From the IMG/VR virus record IMGVR_UViG_3300011115_000650: DNA of 64,000 bases. One strand, 5' to 3'. The notes beneath the pieces are model-generated. The model saw only the letters and a list, made by a program, of their open reading frames with translations, searched no databases and was not told where the DNA came from. Origin of the DNA: a virus. Made by a program: the position numbers and the translations under genes. Shown here one piece after another: positions 37,088-45,067 of the stretch. Every line of letters begins with the position of its first letter. The stretch's first letter is position 1.

Positions 37088-39541
37088 TTATGAATAATAT
37101 GTTGATGATCCTGGGTTTAATAAATTTCCATAACTCACCGGTACGTTTACACCTACGGTATTTGCTAGTGTTTGGCCATCTACTTTTATAGTAGTATCCT
37201 TGGCTAGGATAGCCATCAAAATACGATTCTGCTCTTTTAATTCGGCAACCATTTCATCTGTTCTTCCTAGCCTAGTTCCTCCCTGAACTGTAATGCCAGA
37301 ATTTCCTCCTGATGCAGTTATGGTATCTTCGGGGAGAGGATTTATGGTAAAGTCACCCATATCTGCTTTATAACTACGGCTACGTTTTTCTGATTGTATA
37401 GACTCTCTCTGAGTTTCTTGATCTCTTGCAACTCGTTCCTGTAAAATTTTATGAGCTGCATCAATTTCTGCTCTCTGTTCTGGAGTTAGTTTTTCATTAG
37501 ATACTCCTTGGTATTGAGTTAGTGTAGCACTAGCTTCTGTTTCCTCTCTACTAATTCGTTCCGTCTTCACTCCTCTTCCAAAAAATGTACTAAATCCACC
37601 ATGTTTAACTAGAGATTGCACTAAATCTGTGACTAAGTTTACTAGTTTATCTAATGTTCCTCCGTCTACTAGTTTCTCAAAAGCTTCTTTAGCTTTATCT
37701 AAAGCCTTAGCAAATTTATCTTGAGCTGATTCTTGAAGTAACGCTTTGTAGGCTTGTTCTCCTAAAGTTTCTGCTATCTCTTTCTGTGTTTTTCCACTCT
37801 TCTCTAGTAGTTCAAACTGCTCTAGTATGGATTTTTTATCATCGTAATTACCTAACCTACGTAATGCCCCAATTGCTTTTTGCTTCAATAACATATCTGC
37901 CATGTCATCTCTAGACATTCCTAGAGATTTTGCATAAGCTTCTTGGGTAAGACGGTTCATTTGAGAGTATTCGTTATAATCCCCCATATTCTTAGCCATT
38001 TCATCCATTAACTTATCTGTTTGATTAGTTAACGCATAATATCTAGCTGCGTTAAGGTTTATTTCCTTACCTGTTAACAACTCGGCCTCCATCTGAGCTT
38101 GAATCGATGATTCAAAGTTTAAAAGTGAGCTTGTAGTACTCTCTACTTTTTCCATTGTAGTTCCTAATTGTATTGCCTTAGTAACTGCAAGTGCAAGAGC
38201 TTCGTAACTTCCTTTAAAATTTAATTTAATACCTCCGGAAGCCTTTAATACACCTTCTAGAACTTTTTTCTCTTGGACGAAGATACCTGATGCTGCTTCA
38301 GCAGCTCTAGCTGTACCTAATATACTCTTCTCTACATCTTCAGCATCTTTACCTGTGGTGGCAAACGCTATTGACAGTCCCGTCATAGCTTCTTCTGAGA
38401 GTTGAATGATGGTTTTAGCTATAGTTAGTTGCTGTAGATTTTCTCTCTGCAATACTATACTTGTACCTAAAGCATCATTGAATGCAAATTGAGTAGCTAC
38501 AATATCTTTTTGTAGGAGTATAGTACCTTTTAAGGTAGTTGAGTAATCTTGAGCAGTGTCTGCAACTTCGTAAAAATAATCACGTACACCCGATGCTTCT
38601 TCTTTAGAAATTCCTAAGTTTCTAGCAATATCTGTAACCTGTTTATCGGCAGCAAACATCATCTCAACTAACATCTTAACTGCATCAACCGCTAATTGTA
38701 TTAGCGCAAGAGGGCCTAATGCTGCTGATAAAGATGATCCTACAGATTTAGCTCCAGCTCCTAGCGTCTGAAATAGGTTTCCACCTGAATCTGCAACTCC
38801 TTTCATTCGAGCTTCTGCTGCTTCTAAATCTAGTGTTTTACCGATGAACGGAATCTTTTTTAATCCACCGAGTATACTACTGGCTAATGCTAGTGTTTTT
38901 TCTGTTTTAGATACTACAGCATACTGTTTTTCGTACTCAGCAGTAATTTCATCTACACTTGATTTTTGTAAGTCTAACTGTCCACTAATATCCTTTAAAG
39001 CTAAAATCTCAGCCTGCAGGTCCTCTGCTTTATCTAAATTACCTCGTCTTCTTGCTGCTATTGCATCTTCTTCTAATTTAGCACTCTGGTTTTTAATATC
39101 TTTTAACCTTAGTTCAATAGCAGTAGATGTACTTAGTGCCTTACCTATATCTCTACTAATATCTCGGGAAGATATTTGACCCGTAACTATATCTCGTTGA
39201 TTATCAACAAGATTACCGGTCATTTTTTTAAGTGCATTGTATATTCCTGCTGTATCCCTAAGTAGACTTTTGTTTTCTTGTATATAGCCTTTTTGCGAAG
39301 AGATAGCGGCTCCTAGATCAGCTACTTTATTTGAAATACTTGAATAGGTATCTAGCTGGTCTTCTAAAATATTTTCAATACTTTTTAACTTTCTACCATA
39401 CTCTTCCACACTGCCTATCAACTCCCTAAAAGCCTTAGCGGTTATATCTCTAGTAATTTGACCGGTACGGGTTAGAGTCTCTTTTAAACTCTTCTCTGCC
39501 TGTGATAGGTCTGGTTGTATGTTATCGTCTGCGGTAGCCAT
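37088..39541 (-). CDS. Tape measure protein
   Basis: 817 aa, Ala/Leu-rich helical; LLNFESSIQAQMEAELLTGKEINL; after tube and chaperones. Confidence 0.8.
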   Translation of the reverse strand: MATADDNIQPDLSQAEKSLKETLTRTGQITRDITAKAFRELIGSVEEYGRKLKSIENILEDQLDTYSSISNKVADLGAAISSQKGYIQENKSLLRDTAGIYNALKKMTGNLVDNQRDIVTGQISSRDISRDIGKALSTSTAIELRLKDIKNQSAKLEEDAIAARRRGNLDKAEDLQAEILALKDISGQLDLQKSSVDEITAEYEKQYAVVSKTEKTLALASSILGGLKKIPFIGKTLDLEAAEARMKGVADSGGNLFQTLGAGAKSVGSSLSAALGPLALIQLAVDAVKMLVEMMFAADKQVTDIARNLGISKEEASGVRDYFYEVADTAQDYSTTLKGTILLQKDIVATQFAFNDALGTSIVLQRENLQQLTIAKTIIQLSEEAMTGLSIAFATTGKDAEDVEKSILGTARAAEAASGIFVQEKKVLEGVLKASGGIKLNFKGSYEALALAVTKAIQLGTTMEKVESTTSSLLNFESSIQAQMEAELLTGKEINLNAARYYALTNQTDKLMDEMAKNMGDYNEYSQMNRLTQEAYAKSLGMSRDDMADMLLKQKAIGALRRLGNYDDKKSILEQFELLEKSGKTQKEIAETLGEQAYKALLQESAQDKFAKALDKAKEAFEKLVDGGTLDKLVNLVTDLVQSLVKHGGFSTFFGRGVKTERISREETEASATLTQYQGVSNEKLTPEQRAEIDAAHKILQERVARDQETQRESIQSEKRSRSYKADMGDFTINPLPEDTITASGGNSGITVQGGTRLGRTDEMVAELKEQNRILMAILAKDTTIKVDGQTLANTVGVNVPVSYGNLLNPGSSTYYS

Positions 39542-39578
39542 ATTCTATACTTTGTACATATAAATAGGAAAAAGGCGA

Positions 39579-39833
39579 CTATTTCTTAGCCGCCGATTTA
39601 GTTTTTGTTACATAGTCTGCTGGAGGTTGTTGGATGTTGGGTTTAAATATCTGAGCTGGATCTTGAGGTTGTGTAGTATTACTAGCATTCTTCTTTTCGT
39701 AATACCCTTTCATTTTATTAAAGGTAAACTTCCTCAACCAAATCGGCATATTATATATCGTCTCCCAATCATATCCTCCCTGACCATGAAACACAATTTC
39801 GTGTATTTCTGAGAATAGACCTATTCTACTCAT
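39579..39833 (-). CDS. Tail assembly chaperone, downstream part (probably reached by frameshift)
   Basis: IHEIVFHG.GGYDWETIYNMPIWLRKF; frame opens at the T7 run in the upstream gene. Confidence 0.65.
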   Translation of the reverse strand: MSRIGLFSEIHEIVFHGQGGYDWETIYNMPIWLRKFTFNKMKGYYEKKNASNTTQPQDPAQIFKPNIQQPPADYVTKTKSAAKK

Positions 39834-40596
39834 CTGACCCTGGCCAAAAAAAGTCTAGCCCGATTGGGATATCAATGCCCTCCTCTGCATCGTCTGAGTA
39901 GTGTTTTAATTCTACGTCTGGAGATACTTTTTCGTAATAACTTCTCAATACTCTTGAATCTTTTGCAACCAAGTAATTATCGACAAATTCACGGATAGTT
40001 TTTTGATCTCTATCTCCATTCACTGATGTGATGATGTGTTTGAGTCTTGTGGTTCTATCAAAAGAACCTTTGGGTGATAGCTTTAGTAAGCCTTTAATCT
40101 CTGCATCGATCTTCTTGTCGTCTCCATGAGATAATAGCTTAAATGTAATAGTAGTACCGGTGGTAGGAAGATCAAGAGAAAACTCATTTAAACCCTGTTT
40201 AACAAGTGTTTCATCTAAGGGCTTATCTCTTAGTTTAGATAAGTCACAGGTCACCTTCTCTTTTTGACCATTTGAATTAACGGTTTCGAAAGTATAGTCT
40301 TTACCGTATCCTAATACACGGGCAGCAACCAAGATAGCATTCTTATCTCCGATCAATAACTCATCGTAGTTAACTTTGGTTACGATTAGAGCTTGTAGAA
40401 GTTTATCAATAACTGTACCATCTTTTAGGTAGTTACTGTTTGTGAGTATATCTTCCTCTTTTGCGGTCATGTACTTCATCTGTATTTCACCACTCGATAG
40501 AGGCGATTCTTTTGGATATAGTAATCCTTTTGACGGTAGTTCTACTGTTTCAGTAGGTAGGCTAAATTTTGAAGCCGATTGTGTTGGTGTTTGCAT
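39826..40596 (-). CDS. Tail/baseplate-hub assembly chaperone (T4 gp26-like)
   Basis: PTETVELPSKG..Y, MTAKEEDIL, ARVLGYG, C-terminal FFWP. Confidence 0.75.
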   Translation of the reverse strand: MQTPTQSASKFSLPTETVELPSKGLLYPKESPLSSGEIQMKYMTAKEEDILTNSNYLKDGTVIDKLLQALIVTKVNYDELLIGDKNAILVAARVLGYGKDYTFETVNSNGQKEKVTCDLSKLRDKPLDETLVKQGLNEFSLDLPTTGTTITFKLLSHGDDKKIDAEIKGLLKLSPKGSFDRTTRLKHIITSVNGDRDQKTIREFVDNYLVAKDSRVLRSYYEKVSPDVELKHYSDDAEEGIDIPIGLDFFWPGSDE

Positions 40597-40638
40597 AACG
40601 TTGTAAATGTTTTTATCTATATATAAATATCTACAAAC

Positions 40639-40670
40639 AAAAAAAATCCCCTATTTTCATAGAGGACTTT
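40639..40670 (-). terminator. Intrinsic terminator after the tail tube gene
   Basis: Imperfect TCCTCTAT/ATAGGGGA hairpin followed by a T-run on the minus strand. Confidence 0.55.
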
Positions 40671-40689
40671 AATTTTATTTTTTTCTTGA

Positions 40690-40709
40690 TTAGAAATTTA
40701 GAACACAGT
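40690..40709 (-). repeat. Synonymously recoded duplicate of the tail tube 3' end (CVLNF*)
   Basis: TGC GTC CTC AAC TTT TAG ac TGT GTT CTA AAT TTC TAA. Confidence 0.8.
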
Positions 40710-41195
40710 CTAAAAGTTGAGGACGCAATAATCACAAGCTAGTGTTACAGCTAGTTCGATTGCTGCATCTGCAGACCAATCATAATCACCAAATGTAGCA
40801 GTCTTAACGTAAGCACCTTTTATGATCCATTCTCCGATGATATCACCTACTGGTCCTAGAGAGTTTAGAGTGATGTCTTTTTTATAGAAATCAGAATAAC
40901 CATCTCTACCTGTTACAGATTCGTGTGCTAGACGAGCCCACTCCATCACCGATTGTGCTCCTGAAGGAGTGATTGGATTGTATAAAGCTAGTGTGATATC
41001 ATTCCATTCAATTTTACCTTTTACTTTACGGTAAACATTGATGTGGTCTAATTTAATTACACCTGCTTCAAAGCCTGGTGCTGACGCCTTTTTAACTAAG
41101 TAAGAAGGGATACCGTCGATATACATAATGAACCTGTTTTGTACCTGTGGTTCAAATGCTGTGAAAAATATTTCGTTTGGATCTAATACTGCCAT
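40710..41195 (-). CDS. Tail tube protein (gp19-like)
   Basis: FEP..QNRF, KGKIEWNDIT..LYNPI, YKKDI, W.IKGA. Confidence 0.88.
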   Translation of the reverse strand: MAVLDPNEIFFTAFEPQVQNRFIMYIDGIPSYLVKKASAPGFEAGVIKLDHINVYRKVKGKIEWNDITLALYNPITPSGAQSVMEWARLAHESVTGRDGYSDFYKKDITLNSLGPVGDIIGEWIIKGAYVKTATFGDYDWSADAAIELAVTLACDYCVLNF

Positions 41196-41252
41196 TGTCT
41201 TGTTTATTTAATATAAATATACTGGTTTACTAAAATTGTAACTTATTTTTGA

Positions 41253-41546
41253 TTAATCTGATGATTGACCACGTGATACGATTGCTATCCAGGTTGAACC
41301 TTTTTGATACATTTTTTTAAGTGTTGTACCATAGCCTTGAAAAGGAAATCTTTTTTCTATATCTGCTACCTCTTTCTCTACCTCTCCTTTATCATTTGAG
41401 GTGATGATGTATTCGATATGACCTCCTCTTTTTGGTTCCTGTCTTACTTTAGCTGCTTCGTCTTGAAGCTCTTCTTCTTTTAAGAATCCTTTCTTTTTAA
41501 AAGATTCATATAGTTTAGAAGGTATTCGTACTTTTATAGTTTGCAT
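41253..41546 (-). CDS. Small putative internal head protein
   Basis: 97 aa; LYES/FLKEE sites near the N-terminus. Confidence 0.5.
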   Translation of the reverse strand: MQTIKVRIPSKLYESFKKKGFLKEEELQDEAAKVRQEPKRGGHIEYIITSNDKGEVEKEVADIEKRFPFQGYGTTLKKMYQKGSTWIAIVSRGQSSD

Positions 41547-41566
41547 TCTTTAGTCTAGTTGTTTAA

Positions 41567-43747
41567 TTATACTCCAAATGTTGTACCGGTTGGTTGAACG
41601 TTGAAGTCGATCATAATAAATTCGGCAGTTCTAGTTGGCTGTAAGTAAATCGCACCTACTAATTGGTTTCTATCAATTACATCCGGTGTGTTATTTGAAT
41701 CATCCATCACTACTTTGAAAGCGTATAAACCTTGTTTTTGCTGTACATATTGTAAGTACGGGTTAACTTGGTTTAAGAAGTTATTACGTGTTGATTGTGT
41801 ATTTTGTTCGAATACTAATCCTTCTGCAATATTTCCAATGTAACGTTTTAAAGCGATTAATAGTCTTCTTACACCTACTCTGTCTAGAGCGGTTGGTTTA
41901 GCTTGTAGAGTCTTTTGACCGTAGATTACTGTACCTTGACCTGGGAAGATTGCGATTGGATTCACACTCGCTGCATATAAGATATCACGTTGACCTACTG
42001 TCAATCTTCTTTCTGGTTGAATAACTGTTGTTAAACCACCTCTAGTTAGACCTGCTGGAGCGAACCATTCTGCAGATATCTTATCACTGTATTCATATAC
42101 TGCAGGTACGATTGTAGATGCAGGGCAGAAAAATAATTTACCTGTTTCTTGAGATCTTAATTGAACCCAAGGCCAATATGTTGCACCGTAGCTTGAATCT
42201 AAGGTTTGAGCTTGTTGAGTAGCAGTTGTAATATTTTGTGCATATGAAGTCATATCTACCACTGAGATACTTGTACCTCTGGTCTGTGATAGACTCAATA
42301 AATCACTCACTTTTGAACTTGCATTCTGTGCTGTTAATCCAGGTGCAGAAATGGTTTTAAAATCGTATTGATCTTTATTACCTAGTAATCCGATTGCTAC
42401 TGAGTAATCACTCTTGAATACACCTTGAATATTTGTAGTTGGTGATGTTGCTACACTATCTGCTACTGGAATATTTTCGAATAGATTCATTCCAGCTGAT
42501 TGAATAGTATTACCTACCGCTCCACCGAATGCTCCATTTAGTGAACCAGATCCTACTACCGGCATATAGCTTAGGTACTGTGTCTGTGCTCGTCCTTGAT
42601 TGTCTAAGTAATTTGGCGTTGGATATGCTACTGATTTAACTCTAATATATCTACTTTGATTTGGATAAGATCCACTGTACTGTAAGTAGTATGCACCAGT
42701 TTCATCTTGTGCAGCTGTTGTATTTTGATCTCCGATTACATAGCTGATATAGTTAGCTTGATTTGGATCTAAAGATAAATTGTTCCAAGTCTCTAATACG
42801 TTCTTTTGTTGTTGGTAATCATCTCCTCTTCTTACTACTAGAGTAAATAAACCAGATCCAGTATCACAGAAACTTACCTCCCATCTAATGTTATTAGCTG
42901 AACCTGACTGTAATGAACTAGTAGCAGCTGAAGCTGAGAAATCGTTATTCATTAAAGTACCTTGAGAGATTGTCTCTAAAGTAAATGCTGTTGCTAAAGT
43001 AGATGAAGTTCCGCCTGCTAGAGTTCCAGAAGCTGCTGTAGAACCTGTAGGTGTACCTACGTATAAGCCTGTGTAGAATTTAGTTCCGTTTAGAGCTGTA
43101 CCTGCTGAAGAAGCACTTATAATTAATTTAGTACCTGAGCTTGATAATGTAAATAGGCTAGCTAATTCCGGTTGAGCAGCAACAAATGTAATTAAAGATC
43201 CTGTCCACTGGTCTTTTGTGTATCCGCTACCTGAGGTAGGACTAAAATACCCATAGTCTAGAGTCGGATAATAAACATTTACATTACTTCCAAATGCAGC
43301 ACCTGCTACATAACGGTAGTTATTATCTGGTGTTACGATTGTGAATGCTATACCTGATGCTGTATTAGCTGCAGTCCAGGTACTAGTCTCGATAGAAGCA
43401 TTAGCTGTTAGACCGGTTACTGATGCGATATTATTACCAACAGAAGCTGTAGCAGAACTATACGTACCTGATACTACTCTTGTTACTAATAATGTTTCAC
43501 CACCTTGGTTGAAGTAGTTTAAAGCTGCGATTGAGGTTAGGTACTCAAAGTTAGTCCCTCCACTAACGAAAGATGCTCCGAACTTCGCTTTGAAGTCAGA
43601 GTACGATCTTGCGACAGTTGGAATGTTTACAGGTCCATAGACGGTTGGTCCGATGATAGCTGCACCTACTGTGATAGGTCCTTGTTGGATTTGTGATTGG
43701 TCATTCTCTTGTAAGAATACACCCGGAGATATTAAAGTTTCTGCCAT
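41567..43747 (-). CDS. Tail sheath protein (gp18-like)
   Basis: SPGVFLQEND, WFAPAG..RG, GQKTLQ, DRVGVRRLL, FEQN, QPTRTAEFI. Confidence 0.95.
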   Translation of the reverse strand: MAETLISPGVFLQENDQSQIQQGPITVGAAIIGPTVYGPVNIPTVARSYSDFKAKFGASFVSGGTNFEYLTSIAALNYFNQGGETLLVTRVVSGTYSSATASVGNNIASVTGLTANASIETSTWTAANTASGIAFTIVTPDNNYRYVAGAAFGSNVNVYYPTLDYGYFSPTSGSGYTKDQWTGSLITFVAAQPELASLFTLSSSGTKLIISASSAGTALNGTKFYTGLYVGTPTGSTAASGTLAGGTSSTLATAFTLETISQGTLMNNDFSASAATSSLQSGSANNIRWEVSFCDTGSGLFTLVVRRGDDYQQQKNVLETWNNLSLDPNQANYISYVIGDQNTTAAQDETGAYYLQYSGSYPNQSRYIRVKSVAYPTPNYLDNQGRAQTQYLSYMPVVGSGSLNGAFGGAVGNTIQSAGMNLFENIPVADSVATSPTTNIQGVFKSDYSVAIGLLGNKDQYDFKTISAPGLTAQNASSKVSDLLSLSQTRGTSISVVDMTSYAQNITTATQQAQTLDSSYGATYWPWVQLRSQETGKLFFCPASTIVPAVYEYSDKISAEWFAPAGLTRGGLTTVIQPERRLTVGQRDILYAASVNPIAIFPGQGTVIYGQKTLQAKPTALDRVGVRRLLIALKRYIGNIAEGLVFEQNTQSTRNNFLNQVNPYLQYVQQKQGLYAFKVVMDDSNNTPDVIDRNQLVGAIYLQPTRTAEFIMIDFNVQPTGTTFGV

Positions 43748-43811
43748 GTTTATAAATTAGTTTCTAATAATAAATAGATACTTAAAAGGCAAAACCATTT
43801 TTTATTTCACA

Positions 43812-44057
43812 CTAATTGATAGTGCCGGTTTCTATATCGATAGAAACATTTCCGTATTTTGCAACTAATTTATCTGTAACTGATTTTTCTTCTAATTTTA
43901 GAGCAATGATACCTTCTTTGAGTTGATTCTCTTGAGCATCCAAGATAGTCTTTTGATAATGTATCTCTCCTAAGTGAATTATAAATTCATCCGATTTGTT
44001 TCTTAGACCTTTTAATTCCTGTAACTCTTCTTGAGTAACTGTTTTAACTTCTGTCAT
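43812..44057 (-). CDS. Small coiled-coil protein
   Basis: LGEI...KYGNVSIDIETG. Confidence 0.65.
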   Translation of the reverse strand: MTEVKTVTQEELQELKGLRNKSDEFIIHLGEIHYQKTILDAQENQLKEGIIALKLEEKSVTDKLVAKYGNVSIDIETGTIN

Positions 44058-44062
44058 AAAAT

Positions 44063-44305
44063 TTATTGTTTTTTACTTGATTTTTTCTTCTTTGGTTGCA
44101 CCGGTATTGAAGGTGGTGTAGTAGGTATAACTACAGGTTCTTGTATCGTTACTTCTTCTTCTTTAACGTAATCTTCACTTAAGACTTGGTCGTCTTCGGG
44201 CAAAGTCTGATTATCATTAATCTCTGCCGAATTTTTTACGATGTATATGTTAACCATTATCAGGGTTGATATTAGGATCGCTATCAATACACTAAACATA
44301 ATCAT
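44063..44305 (-). CDS. Small membrane protein
   Basis: N-terminal TM helix, acidic middle, basic tail; late motif at 44325. Confidence 0.6.
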   Translation of the reverse strand: MIMFSVLIAILISTLIMVNIYIVKNSAEINDNQTLPEDDQVLSEDYVKEEEVTIQEPVVIPTTPPSIPVQPKKKKSSKKQ

Positions 44306-44359
44306 ACTTTATAGTTTTATATATATAAATAGGCTGTAAATACACTAAACCTACCTTGA

Positions 44360-44842
44360 TTAACTACTTTTTTTAAGACTTAAAGTCATACAATGTGGTG
44401 CTGTACGATTGCCTCCAAAGTATGGATTACATCTTATAGTTAAATTCTTATCTAAGACATATGGTATGGCCTGTGCTTTAGTATTAGCTATTACAAGTGC
44501 CGTAGAATTTTGAAAATACATTGTTAGATTGAGTTTCTCGGTGGGTTTTACCGTGGTTAATAGTTTGTATTCAAACACATAATTCTTCTCAGAATACACG
44601 CCTATCTCTATTAGTTTAGTTTCTAGATTATACCTCCAAACAAATCTTAGACTATTGAGTCTAGGATTAAAATGTTGAGATATTCCAACTAGTTTATTCC
44701 AATCTAATTGGTCATCACTTTTTAAATCGTAGGCACAGTTTTCATTAAACACTACCTCCCATCGGTATACATTCTTTTTCCAGTATAATCTCGGTAGGCT
44801 CGGTAGGAAGTAATGTTGGTTCTTCAGGCAAAGATATTTCAT
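44360..44842 (-). CDS. Hypothetical beta-rich protein
   Basis: DQLDWNKLVG...NSLRFVWRY...PYFGGNRTAPH. Confidence 0.65.
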   Translation of the reverse strand: MKYLCLKNQHYFLPSLPRLYWKKNVYRWEVVFNENCAYDLKSDDQLDWNKLVGISQHFNPRLNSLRFVWRYNLETKLIEIGVYSEKNYVFEYKLLTTVKPTEKLNLTMYFQNSTALVIANTKAQAIPYVLDKNLTIRCNPYFGGNRTAPHCMTLSLKKSS

Positions 44843-45056
44843 TGTTATTTATATTAAGTTGACTTATTATATAATTTTCTATTACATTATCATCTGTTCC
44901 CCATATAGCTATTACTTCTTGGGGTATAGTTACATTACCTCTACTAACTATTTCTCCACTTTCGGTCTGTAGTTCATAGTAGCTTACTGTACTTTCTGGG
45001 TAGTTTAGCATATACCATCTTATCTTGGTTACTGTTTTTGTAATTGTTATTTCCAT
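44745..45056 (-). CDS. Tail-fibre-associated small protein
   Basis: YELQ...GNVTIP...WGTDD; immediately after the fibre gene. Confidence 0.6.
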   Translation of the reverse strand: MEITITKTVTKIRWYMLNYPESTVSYYELQTESGEIVSRGNVTIPQEVIAIWGTDDNVIENYIISQLNINNNEISLPEEPTLLPTEPTEIILEKECIPMGGSV

Positions 45057-45067
45057 ATTATTATTTT

